In this document: in pieces, positions 1 to 7,551 of the stretch
Layout: each line of letters opens with the position of its first letter
Numbering within the stretch: the stretch's first letter is position 1
IMG/VR virus record: IMGVR_UViG_3300028883_000047
Location: 11,681 to 75,680 of that record
Direction: 5' to 3' (one strand)
Length of the DNA stretch: 64,000 nt
From: a virus
Taxonomy: Duplodnaviria > Heunggongvirae > Uroviricota > Caudoviricetes
The notes under the pieces: generated by a model
The model's input: the letters and a program-made list of their open reading frames with translations, nothing else
Told to the model about the DNA's origin: nothing
The model's database searches: none
Made by a program: the position numbers and the translations under genes

Positions 1-162
1 TTGCCAGATTAGCGTAGAGTGGCATTGTTTAGATTTGTACCCACGAACCGGGATACATCTTCATGTAAAATTGAATTGTCTCTTTATCGAGAGAAATCAG
101 CGTTCCTACTTTTGCGTACCGAGTAGGTAAGCAGATATGTAATATCATGTTATACTCCTAGT

Positions 163-238
163 TGGCTACCCCTCCAGGACTCGAACCTGAACCGTGAGAG
201 TCAAAGTCTCATGTGCTAACCAATTACACCAAGGGGCA
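163..238 (-). tRNA. tRNA-Gln (anticodon UUG)
   Basis: Manual cloverleaf on minus strand: 7-bp acceptor, GTTCGAGTCC T-arm, anticodon loop CTTTGAC, encoded CCA. Confidence 0.75.
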
Positions 239-245
239 ATAAATT

Positions 246-322
246 TGGCGGAACGTACGGGATTCGAACCCGTGATCTCGACAGTGACAGTGTCGCGTGT
301 TAGGCCTCTACACTAACGCTCC
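246..322 (-). tRNA. tRNA-Asp (anticodon GUC)
   Basis: Minus-strand cloverleaf: acceptor GGAGCGT/ACGTTCC, T-loop TTCGAAT, anticodon loop CTGTCAC, CCA encoded. Confidence 0.75.
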
Positions 323-328
323 ATAAAT

Positions 329-404
329 TGGCGCCGCTGAAGGGAATCGAACCCTCCTGAATCTCGCAGACAACGAGTTGCCATGCCCAGATGACTACAA
401 CGGC
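329..404 (-). tRNA. tRNA, second GUC-anticodon species (Asp-like) with atypical loop TTGTCTG
   Basis: Cloverleaf folds (acceptor GCCGTTG/CAGCGGC, T-loop TTCGATT, CCA) but anticodon loop has U37 and a 27-43 mismatch. Confidence 0.55.
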
Positions 405-410
405 GTAAAT

Positions 411-487
411 TGGGGTGTACGACGGGGATCGAACCCGCATCTGCTTGATTCACAGTCAAGAGCTTTACCAATTAAGCTACATACACC
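411..487 (-). tRNA. tRNA-His (anticodon GUG) with extra 5' G(-1)
   Basis: Anticodon loop CTGTGAA; extra G-1 opposite discriminator C73 typical of tRNA-His; T-loop TTCGATC; CCA encoded. Confidence 0.75.
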
Positions 488-497
488 ATAGAAAATG

Positions 498-526
498 TTG
501 AATATTCATAAATACTAATATATAAT
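498..526 (+). promoter_or_regulatory. sigma70-like promoter on plus strand (TTGAAT-17nt-TATAAT)
   Basis: -35 TTGAAT at 498-503, perfect -10 TATAAT at 521-526, 17-nt spacer; followed by strong SD and ATG at 557. Confidence 0.45.
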
Positions 527-556
527 ACCACCACTTTAATTTTTAGGAGAAATATC

Positions 557-682
557 ATGATGGAATTCATCGCTTCTTGGGGTCCTTACACCGGCATTAT
601 TGCGGCAGTTGTTATTGGCGCAATGGTAACACGTAAGTGTGATTGTTCACTTCTGAGCTGGACACCTGTCTGCAGGAAATAA
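557..682 (+). CDS. small hydrophobic protein (41 aa), plus strand
   Basis: AGGAGA SD 6 nt upstream of ATG; predicted TM peptide MMEFIASWGPYTGIIAAVVIGAMV...; below ORF-track size cutoff. Confidence 0.4.
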   Translation: MMEFIASWGPYTGIIAAVVIGAMVTRKCDCSLLSWTPVCRK

Positions 683-686
683 TGCC

Positions 687-839
687 ATGAGTCCAATGAT
701 AATTGTGTTGTCATTGGCTGGCTTCCTTGTCTTCTCCGGGATGGTGATGGCACTTGGTGCCTTCTTCGCCCGCGAGAAGAAATTGGACGAGGAAGTTGGG
801 ACCACGCATAGTGGGCATCGGTCATCCTCCCACAGCTAA
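687..839 (+). CDS. small membrane protein (50 aa), plus strand
   Basis: ATG 4 nt after previous stop, AGGAAA upstream; hydrophobic N-terminus MSPMIIVLSLAGFLVFSGMVMALGAFF then charged tail. Confidence 0.35.
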   Translation: MSPMIIVLSLAGFLVFSGMVMALGAFFAREKKLDEEVGTTHSGHRSSSHS

Positions 840-856
840 TTACTTCCTCGATAAAT

Positions 857-935
857 TGGTCGGGGTGGTAGGATTCGAACCTACGACCTCCCGGTTCCAG
901 GCCGGGCCGTCTGACCAGACTGACATTACACCCCG
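857..935 (-). tRNA. tRNA with UGG (Pro-like) anticodon; atypical loop CCTGGAA (C33) and irregular D-arm
   Basis: Good acceptor (CGGGGTG/CACCCCG), T-arm GTAGG-TTCGAAT-CCTAC, CCA; anticodon stem CCCGG/CCGGG. Confidence 0.5.
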
Positions 936-1027
936 ATATGCGCGTCCCTAACTTGCGTCGTGTCGTTACAGCGAGAGACGCGCGGCACTCTCTGTACACA
1001 TTGGCATTACACAAGCTACTACTATGT

Positions 1028-1104
1028 TGGTCTCCATGGAGGGATTCGAACCCCCGTGATCTCCGCCCCAAACGGAGTGACTCACCAAACTAGCCTACAT
1101 GGAG
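1028..1104 (-). tRNA. tRNA-Pro (anticodon UGG)
   Basis: Acceptor CTCCATG/CATGGAG, anticodon stem CTCCG/CGGAG loop TTTGGGG, T-loop TTCGAAT, CCA. Confidence 0.7.
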
Positions 1105-1504
1105 ATGGATGTGGCGGCAATATTAACGACCTTTGCTCTTAATACTGGGACGGTCAAGCAGGTGCCACGAAACTAAAAAGGTCTATTATTCACTACCGGA
1201 CCTCATCGGTAGAGTCTTTTAAGGGCGACTGCACCACGTCCCCAAAACGCAGTGCTCCCTTTGTTCTTTCCAGCGGATGCCTTTCGACTTATCCCCGCGT
1301 GGCTGGCACCATCCCTCGCTACAGGTAGGTGAGTTCCGACTCTGTTATCCGGGGAGGAGCTATGCTCAACTCACATGCGTAATAACAGGTCCCGTTCTTA
1401 CGATCGTTATCGGCCTTAAGCGTCCTACCGATAATCAACCTCTTTAAAATTTTACTCTACTTTTCTTTTCTAGTCAACAGTTCTTTTCTAACTTTTTTGA
1501 AGCA

Positions 1505-1545
1505 TTAAAAAAGGCGCTTCAGTTTCCTGTAAGCGCCTTTCTCGG
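1505..1545 (-). terminator. rho-independent terminator (GGCGCTT..AAGCGCC hairpin flanked by A- and T-runs)
   Basis: Stem 1511-1519/1531-1539; on minus strand followed by TTTTTT; ends the leader/ncRNA transcribed from promoter at 1782-1810. Confidence 0.55.
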
Positions 1546-1781
1546 TTTCTTATTTGAGGGTCTAAGGTTTAAATCGTTTCCTTAGTCCTCCCGACGAAAG
1601 GCGCGGTGGTATCATGTAGGCGATACTCGGATCCAAATTCTGGACGGAGGCTGCTCATCCCACAGAAACCGGGCTGTATTGATTGCCACAATTGTGATGA
1701 TAAGCGTCTCATTGAATTCACCAATACCTTTCGTTAAATGTTTAAGTTATATATGCTCTTTCGGAGCGGTTGATGCTGTGC

Positions 1782-1810
1782 ATCTTAGAGTTATTTAGTA
1801 AGTAAGTCAA
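1782..1810 (-). promoter_or_regulatory. sigma70-like early promoter (TTGACT-17-TAAGAT) reading toward tRNA array
   Basis: Minus strand -35 TTGACT (1805-1810), -10 TAAGAT (1782-1787); part of conserved 44-nt cassette also at 35804-35849. Confidence 0.45.
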
Positions 1811-2094
1811 CAAGTTTGTAACTCGTTGATTTAAAGAAGGATTTCCATAGCCCTGTTGTAATTATCTTCAGCGTCTGATGTTACTTTGGGTTCTTTTGGA
1901 AGGGTATCAATCAATCCGAGATCGTAAAGCCACACCTGATCCATCTCATCCATCATCTCGCACTCGCCATCCATTAATGTATCGCAATTCTCGGAACCGC
2001 AGTTGCCTGCAATTCCATTACGATCGCATCCGGATAATCCTACTGGTATATTGCTACTCATAGGGAATGAGTATAGTGAGGCGTGTTGATTAGA

Positions 2095-2361
2095 TCAACG
2101 GTCTTTGTAATATTCGTACAACGTGTCGGCGATAGCAGTAACAACACCGTTACGGAAGATAGCACCAACGCGAGTTAGCAAAGTCGGATCTTCTTTTGCT
2201 TGTTCGGATAACTGAGCTAGTTGTTTAAGGTACTCATCTAGCTTCTGTTGAGCCTGACCGACTGTTAGACGGCCATATCCAGGAATAAGGATCAGTTGAT
2301 CTTCTTCTTTGTAACTCGGAGCGTTAGCTGCTTCGCGTCCTTTCACGTCAGTCATTCTCAT
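2095..2361 (-). CDS. hypothetical protein (88 aa)
   Basis: ORF in co-directional array; no recognisable motif. Confidence 0.4.
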   Translation of the reverse strand: MRMTDVKGREAANAPSYKEEDQLILIPGYGRLTVGQAQQKLDEYLKQLAQLSEQAKEDPTLLTRVGAIFRNGVVTAIADTLYEYYKDR

Positions 2362-2741
2362 TGTAGTACAAAGTCCTTAAATCTAGTTTTAGGATGAGCA
2401 ACCATTTGTAGAGGTCGAGGTTGTTTGAACGTAATGCCCATACCCTTTTTCTTATCCCAGTAGCCATGAGCGAACTTCTGATCACCATCACATGCGATGA
2501 TACGTTCCTCTTCTTCGGAAGTAACCAGTTTATAGTTACCGCCGTGCTCTAGGTCGAGGTCATTCTTCCAGAAACGATCATCCTTGAACCAAAGGTTCTT
2601 GTTGGGACGCTTTTTGATTCTTTCGGAGTTAGGACGACCCTCACGAGGCTGTTGACCAACCTTCGTGTGCTGAGGACTGTTAATTGTCCCCCGTCCGTGG
2701 ACTCTTTCAAAGCCAAATGTTTCGTCTAGTTTCATTACCAA
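2358..2741 (-). CDS. hypothetical protein (127 aa)
   Basis: ORF overlapping neighbours by 4 nt (translational coupling). Confidence 0.45.
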   Translation of the reverse strand: MVMKLDETFGFERVHGRGTINSPQHTKVGQQPREGRPNSERIKKRPNKNLWFKDDRFWKNDLDLEHGGNYKLVTSEEEERIIACDGDQKFAHGYWDKKKGMGITFKQPRPLQMVAHPKTRFKDFVLQ

Positions 2742-3007
2742 CCTGCTACGTCTTCGAGAGCTCTTAGAATTATTTCTTCGTCGATGTTGATCGAGGAACC
2801 TGTATCTGTAGCATAGTCGTAGCTATCTTCTGCCGCTGCGACTAGCAATGGATGCTGACAAAGTTTCATCCACATATTGTCTGGAATGTTTGCTAATGCG
2901 TTTTCAACTTCTGGCGAGAAGGTTTCAGACTGTAGGTAGTCTTCAACCATATCAGCCATCTGATTACTCTCATTCAACAACTGTGATAGTTTCATCTTAC
3001 TTGCCAA
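2735..3007 (-). CDS. hypothetical acidic protein (90 aa)
   Basis: ORF in array; acidic composition. Confidence 0.4.
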   Translation of the reverse strand: MASKMKLSQLLNESNQMADMVEDYLQSETFSPEVENALANIPDNMWMKLCQHPLLVAAAEDSYDYATDTGSSINIDEEIILRALEDVAGW

Positions 3008-4400
3008 CCTTGATCATATAGTCTTTCAGGGAACGCTTCTGACCGCCACTGACGATGAAATCCCAAACAGTATCTGGAATCTTGTGGAACATTGGACCCA
3101 TTAGGCCTGTAGCGAATAACTGAGCCTTCTTCATCTCTTGCAGAGTTCCCTTCTCCAAGTGTCCAAGTATTGTTTCAAAAGCATCAGCAGTATCCATGTA
3201 CAGCTGTGCAGTTTCCATTGCAGTATGCCCAGAGCCTTGCTTCTCCGCATCAGCACGGAACTTGCTAATTGCTGCACGAAGATCGCTCTTGACCTTGTTG
3301 GGAACTTTGACTTTTGTTTCGTAGTCGTCCATTGAAGCATCACCACGCTGATCCAACTGAGTTGGAATCTCACTCTTCACCATCTTAGGGTCAAGAGAGT
3401 TAGCCCATTGCTTATCGCCTTGGCCAACAACGTTAACTGGATTGCTTACTGTATCTTTGTGGGATACCTGGTGTCCGACGTAGTTTAGAGTGCTTTCAGT
3501 CATTTCACACTCTTCTTCTTTTTTGTCTTTCTTAGCAGCCTTGGCAATTCCGCCAGTAGCTTTATCGCCACCCGCTTTCTTCTTATATTCCTTGCCACCC
3601 TTCTCAGCTTTCTTCATGTCCCACATTTCCTGGACGGCTTCAATGCCTTCCATGCTGAACTGAACATCCATATCATCATCAATAGATGCGCGCTGTTCTG
3701 GCGATTGCTGCATTACGCTCATTTCTTCATCGGTAGGCTTACGGACTTTATCCGGCTTAACCATTTCGACCGATCTGTTCTTTTCGTCTGCTGAAGCGTT
3801 AGCCATGCCAGCTGGAATGATACCAACCATGTCTGCCTGTGCGTCAGATAGAACAACAACATATATTCCGTCGTCATAGATTACAACATCTCCATCCTTA
3901 AACTGTTGGCTGGTCGTTGGCTTAGCACCCGGAAGCTCAGACTCATCGACAAGCTGTTTGGCTTTCATCTTAACAGTATACTCTTCATCATCACCTTCGC
4001 CCTTGCCTGAGCCGGAGATTTTGCCTTTCTGAGTACCTTTGGTTTTGACTTTACCGTCTTTGTCCTTATCGATATGGCTTTCTTTCAGTGGTTTAATATT
4101 TGTGCTGATGTTTTCTAGGTCAGAACATAGTTCTTCGATTTCCCCGATTATCTGAGGAATTTCAGCGGACGTATCTGTTGCTGGAGCGGCTTCGAGTGCC
4201 TTTACAGCATTTCGCAGGTGTTGGCACGCCTTGTTGACGCTTTCCTGCTTCTTCGACATGTTAGCCTCATTGGCAGGCTGAACATTCTTTCTGTTTGGCA
4301 CTTCGCGTGCTTCGTTTACTTGTTCTTTTGGCGGGGTAACTTCCAAACTTACATCGATTGGAATACCAGCCATCAGTCGCAATTTGTTACGTGGATGCAT
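2997..4400 (-). CDS. hypothetical large acidic/Lys-rich protein (467 aa), likely late-expressed
   Basis: Long ORF; TATAAATA late-promoter box 33 nt upstream; low-complexity K/E/D-rich segments. Confidence 0.55.
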   Translation of the reverse strand: MHPRNKLRLMAGIPIDVSLEVTPPKEQVNEAREVPNRKNVQPANEANMSKKQESVNKACQHLRNAVKALEAAPATDTSAEIPQIIGEIEELCSDLENISTNIKPLKESHIDKDKDGKVKTKGTQKGKISGSGKGEGDDEEYTVKMKAKQLVDESELPGAKPTTSQQFKDGDVVIYDDGIYVVVLSDAQADMVGIIPAGMANASADEKNRSVEMVKPDKVRKPTDEEMSVMQQSPEQRASIDDDMDVQFSMEGIEAVQEMWDMKKAEKGGKEYKKKAGGDKATGGIAKAAKKDKKEEECEMTESTLNYVGHQVSHKDTVSNPVNVVGQGDKQWANSLDPKMVKSEIPTQLDQRGDASMDDYETKVKVPNKVKSDLRAAISKFRADAEKQGSGHTAMETAQLYMDTADAFETILGHLEKGTLQEMKKAQLFATGLMGPMFHKIPDTVWDFIVSGGQKRSLKDYMIKVGK

Positions 4401-4432
4401 GAGTTAACTCCTACAGTTATCCGGATTTCTTG

Positions 4433-4440
4433 TATTTATA
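4433..4440 (-). promoter_or_regulatory. T4-type late promoter box TATAAATA
   Basis: Exact TATAAATA on minus strand upstream of 2997-4400 ORF. Confidence 0.45.
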
Positions 4441-4446
4441 CAATTG

Positions 4447-4474
4447 CAAACAAAAAGGCCCGCGAATGCGGGCC
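4447..4474 (-). terminator. rho-independent terminator (GGCCCGC-GAAT-GCGGGCC + T-run on minus)
   Basis: GC hairpin followed on minus strand by TTTTTGTTTG; downstream of LemA-like gene. Confidence 0.55.
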
Positions 4475-4500
4475 TCACCGGTTTGGGGGAATTTTCTCAG

Positions 4501-5049
4501 TTATCGCAGCTGGATCGCCTGATCTACACCAGTTTCGAACGCTTCTTGTGCATGTCCGGAGGTGATGATCTTATATTCATCCAGGTTGATCTTCGGATAT
4601 CCCGCAACGCGCAGCCAGAAACCTTTCCACAAATATCCGAGATTTGTTTCATACTGACGCTTTGTGTCGATAAACAGCGTTTGTGCGTTTTCGAACTTAT
4701 TGCGACCAGCTTCCATGACCTGTTGGATCTGCTTGTACAGAGATGCATCTACCTGGCCAGGGTAGTTTTCCTGAATCCACTGGAATGTTGCTTTCGACCC
4801 ATCAGAACCATAGCGGCCGGACATTGCTTCCCTTACCACCTGCGAAAGGTCATCGCGCATCATGCCTGGAACCTGGGCGACCTCCACCACTTTCAGCGAA
4901 TACTGAGCAAGGATGTTCTCCATGTTTTTGTATTCAGCTTTGATGACATTTTCAGCCTCATTGCCGTAGTTGTAGTTGGACACGTACGAACCAACAGCGA
5001 CGGCGATCATGACACCGAGAACACCAATAATTGCAATCAAAGTTTTCAT
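4501..5049 (-). CDS. lemA: LemA-family membrane protein
   Basis: N-terminal TM then typical LemA-family length and composition; ~182 aa. Confidence 0.6.
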   Translation of the reverse strand: MKTLIAIIGVLGVMIAVAVGSYVSNYNYGNEAENVIKAEYKNMENILAQYSLKVVEVAQVPGMMRDDLSQVVREAMSGRYGSDGSKATFQWIQENYPGQVDASLYKQIQQVMEAGRNKFENAQTLFIDTKRQYETNLGYLWKGFWLRVAGYPKINLDEYKIITSGHAQEAFETGVDQAIQLR

Positions 5050-6194
5050 CTATAATATCTCCTGCGGGATTTGTTTCCAGTGAAAAAGTTACCAATAACG
5101 TCGTCAACTTCCTTGTAGTGAAAGAGGACACTCAGGCCTATACTACCACCGATTGCCAAAATAATCGACAAAATAATTACCCACGCCGGTGGTTCAATGG
5201 CGTCTTTTAGGTACTCAAAGTCCTTCATGTGTGGGCGATCGTAGTGACTCGCAATCGTTTCAGTTACAACTGCAGCAAATGTATCCGGTGACAGGGTTCC
5301 AAGACCCTCAACACTATCCCGCAACTTAACATGGAACAGTTCATTGCCTTTGTTCAACGCCCAGGTCATAGCATCAGCCCACGTAATGGTGGTCCCATCA
5401 AGACCTACAAAAACAGTTACATCATTTTTCTCACCACCAAGCCACGCATTCTCCACCGCATACCGGTAAGATGGGTCGTCGATTTCAGTCAGAATAACAA
5501 CAACATTAACCTGCTTTTTAGCGCCAAGTGTTTTCAGAGCTTCATTTAGCTGAGCATTGATCTTGGTGGTCAACTCACCAGGAACTTTCGCTCCAACGCT
5601 CAAAACGCGGTTGATTTTATAGAAGTCGTAAACTTTAGGGTACGTCGGAATCGAATCAGCGTATTGTTTGTTTTTGCCTATGTTGTGAAACAGACTTTCT
5701 GGAACAGCTTGGACGTAATTTGTATACGTGTGTGGCCGTGAAGCAGGTTCACCTATTTTGCAGTTTGTGTAGCTCGCTGGTGGCGGAAAACTATTACGAC
5801 GAGATCTGGACGTAGTGTCAATGCTATCGAACGTCCAGTTACCAACAGTTGAGTATCCGTCATAGCTACGCGTGTAATGGTCCTCGTAACACGTTTGACA
5901 TGTTCTAGTGCATGATCGATTAGAACCGGAACCGGAACAACTCTCGGTACAGTTGCATTCGTATGAGCGAACATAATGGCCATCGACCATCTCTTTCTTC
6001 GTCACCTGCCCGTTCCAGATCTCCACATCAAGAGTTTGGCCGTAGATCCCCATGAACCACACAATCAACGTAAGAACAGTGACACCAAAAATTTGGATGG
6101 CCATTTCTGTCCAATTAATTGTCGTATGCCAAATACGCTTTGCTATAAATGGCCAAGCGAGTGGGAATAGTAACAGTAACAATAAAGTTTCCAT
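5046..6194 (-). CDS. membrane protein with Cys-rich region and TPM-like domain (putative LemA partner)
   Basis: N- and C-terminal TM helices, Cys-rich CxC stretch, central block resembling TPM/YgcG domains; 4-nt overlap with LemA gene. Confidence 0.4.
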   Translation of the reverse strand: METLLLLLLFPLAWPFIAKRIWHTTINWTEMAIQIFGVTVLTLIVWFMGIYGQTLDVEIWNGQVTKKEMVDGHYVRSYECNCTESCSGSGSNRSCTRTCQTCYEDHYTRSYDGYSTVGNWTFDSIDTTSRSRRNSFPPPASYTNCKIGEPASRPHTYTNYVQAVPESLFHNIGKNKQYADSIPTYPKVYDFYKINRVLSVGAKVPGELTTKINAQLNEALKTLGAKKQVNVVVILTEIDDPSYRYAVENAWLGGEKNDVTVFVGLDGTTITWADAMTWALNKGNELFHVKLRDSVEGLGTLSPDTFAAVVTETIASHYDRPHMKDFEYLKDAIEPPAWVIILSIILAIGGSIGLSVLFHYKEVDDVIGNFFTGNKSRRRYYR

Positions 6195-6205
6195 CAGATA
6201 TCTCT

Positions 6206-6228
6206 CGTTACCAGTTTCCGTAGTCAGT
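6206..6228. repeat. 23-nt direct repeat TTACCAGTTTCCGTAGTCAGTTG (copy 1, intergenic)
   Basis: Identical 23-mer recurs at 7216-7238. Confidence 0.8.
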
Positions 6229-6272
6229 TGATTGTTCGAGTATTATACCCAAACTCAAAGAGAAGTCTACCC

Positions 6273-6764
6273 TTATTTGAGATCGTCTAACGCGCTTTTC
6301 TTCAGAACATCCGGAGCATCTTCTGACAAACGTTCTTTCAACACGCGGCGAATAGCAGCGCGGTTTATGTTGAGAATGCCAGACGCTACTGCAAAGCAAA
6401 TAACGGAAAAGATCCAACCGGCCGCAATTAATATGCACCAGTATGCGACGCTAATGCCAAATACGACTGGCTTAAACCGCTGAGAGTCGTATGCAGCCTG
6501 AACTGAACCTTTTTGTTCAATCGCTTTGTCGGCAACATCAGGCCAGAAGTTCTCGTTGACCACCATAACAGCACCAACGACCCCCGCAACCAGTATTGAT
6601 AGTATCGCCATAACGACAACAAAGTTTTCGATGATGCCACCAGCGGTCGCAAACCACTCAAACCCATCAACTGATAGTGCCATACCACCAGGCGAGAAGA
6701 ATGCTGCGAATATGAATAGCGACATGACTATGTACGCTGATACGTAAGACCAGAATGTTTTCAT
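6273..6764 (-). CDS. integral membrane protein (163 aa, ~4 TM)
   Basis: Hydrophobic segments throughout; no recognisable family. Confidence 0.45.
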   Translation of the reverse strand: MKTFWSYVSAYIVMSLFIFAAFFSPGGMALSVDGFEWFATAGGIIENFVVVMAILSILVAGVVGAVMVVNENFWPDVADKAIEQKGSVQAAYDSQRFKPVVFGISVAYWCILIAAGWIFSVICFAVASGILNINRAAIRRVLKERLSEDAPDVLKKSALDDLK

Positions 6765-7219
6765 TTTGTGTTCCCCAACTCAAGACTTAATTGAAACGTG
6801 AAAGTGCCAGCCCTTTCTGTGAGTGCTGGTATCCAACCTATACGTCCATTAACTATACCAGCTATTGGACGTTCAACGTACAGCATACCACCAAAGTAAT
6901 CGCCAGGCAAATTATTGTATCCAGACACAACGCCTGCAAGTATTCCAATATCAATCTCTTCGATTAAAGGATGTTGAAGTGCACCCATAAAGTAGGCGGA
7001 CGTTTTGTCGTAAGAATTAACGTAGAAGCCAGTTTTAAATCCGTACTTCAATGAACGAAAGTCTTCCATTACGCCAATACCCAACCCTGGATTGGTTTCG
7101 TTGTAGTCGTATCCTTGAGTTTTGTAGTGTTTAGATCCGAGGGATAGATCCAACGTGAATTCAGCAGCACTTACCGCGTGTGATGCTATCAAGCACCACA
7201 GTGCTATTAACCACCTCAT
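6761..7219 (-). CDS. secreted beta-rich protein with signal peptide (152 aa)
   Basis: MRWLIALWCLIASHAVSAAEF signal peptide; alternating aromatic/small residues, outer-membrane-like. Confidence 0.45.
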   Translation of the reverse strand: MRWLIALWCLIASHAVSAAEFTLDLSLGSKHYKTQGYDYNETNPGLGIGVMEDFRSLKYGFKTGFYVNSYDKTSAYFMGALQHPLIEEIDIGILAGVVSGYNNLPGDYFGGMLYVERPIAGIVNGRIGWIPALTERAGTFTFQLSLELGNTK

Positions 7220-7238
7220 TACCAGTTTCCGTAGTCAG
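7216..7238. repeat. 23-nt direct repeat TTACCAGTTTCCGTAGTCAGTTG (copy 2, spans stop/start junction)
   Basis: Encodes C-terminal TDYGNW* of 7219-7551 ORF and abuts ATG of 6761-7219. Confidence 0.8.
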
Positions 7239-7551
7239 TTGTCATGAAGTCGGTATCTTCGTTTACTACTTCAGCACGGCCATCAGCCCGCTCGATAATC
7301 GAATGAAGAACTCCAGCACCATAAGCGTTCCTAATACCATACCCTGTCTTACGGCATTGGTAAACTGAACCAGAAAGTCCTTTGAAATAATAGTAGTCGT
7401 CGTCCTCTGTAACGGACTCGACCCCACTATTCATTCTCCACGAATCGCCCGTTGTGTAACCACCACTCCACGAAGCAAATATTTTGTAGTATGGGTAACC
7501 TTTGTCGGTATCAATCTTTATCATCACCCACGTATCAGGTATTGTGTTCAT
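7219..7551 (-). CDS. hypothetical protein (110 aa)
   Basis: ORF in array. Confidence 0.4.
   Translation of the reverse strand: MNTIPDTWVMIKIDTDKGYPYYKIFASWSGGYTTGDSWRMNSGVESVTEDDDYYYFKGLSGSVYQCRKTGYGIRNAYGAGVLHSIIERADGRAEVVNEDTDFMTTDYGNW

Noticed and set aside
586-1071. 161-aa minus-strand ORF
   Set aside because: It runs straight through two tRNA genes (857-935, 1028-1104). Its peptide segments GFESL/RRFESYHPDQ are translations of T-loops, so it is an artefact.
754-1142. Plus-strand ORFs 754-951 and 960-1142
   Set aside because: They overlap tRNA genes antisense and lack an SD. The shorter SD-equipped ORFs at 557-682 and 687-839 were preferred.
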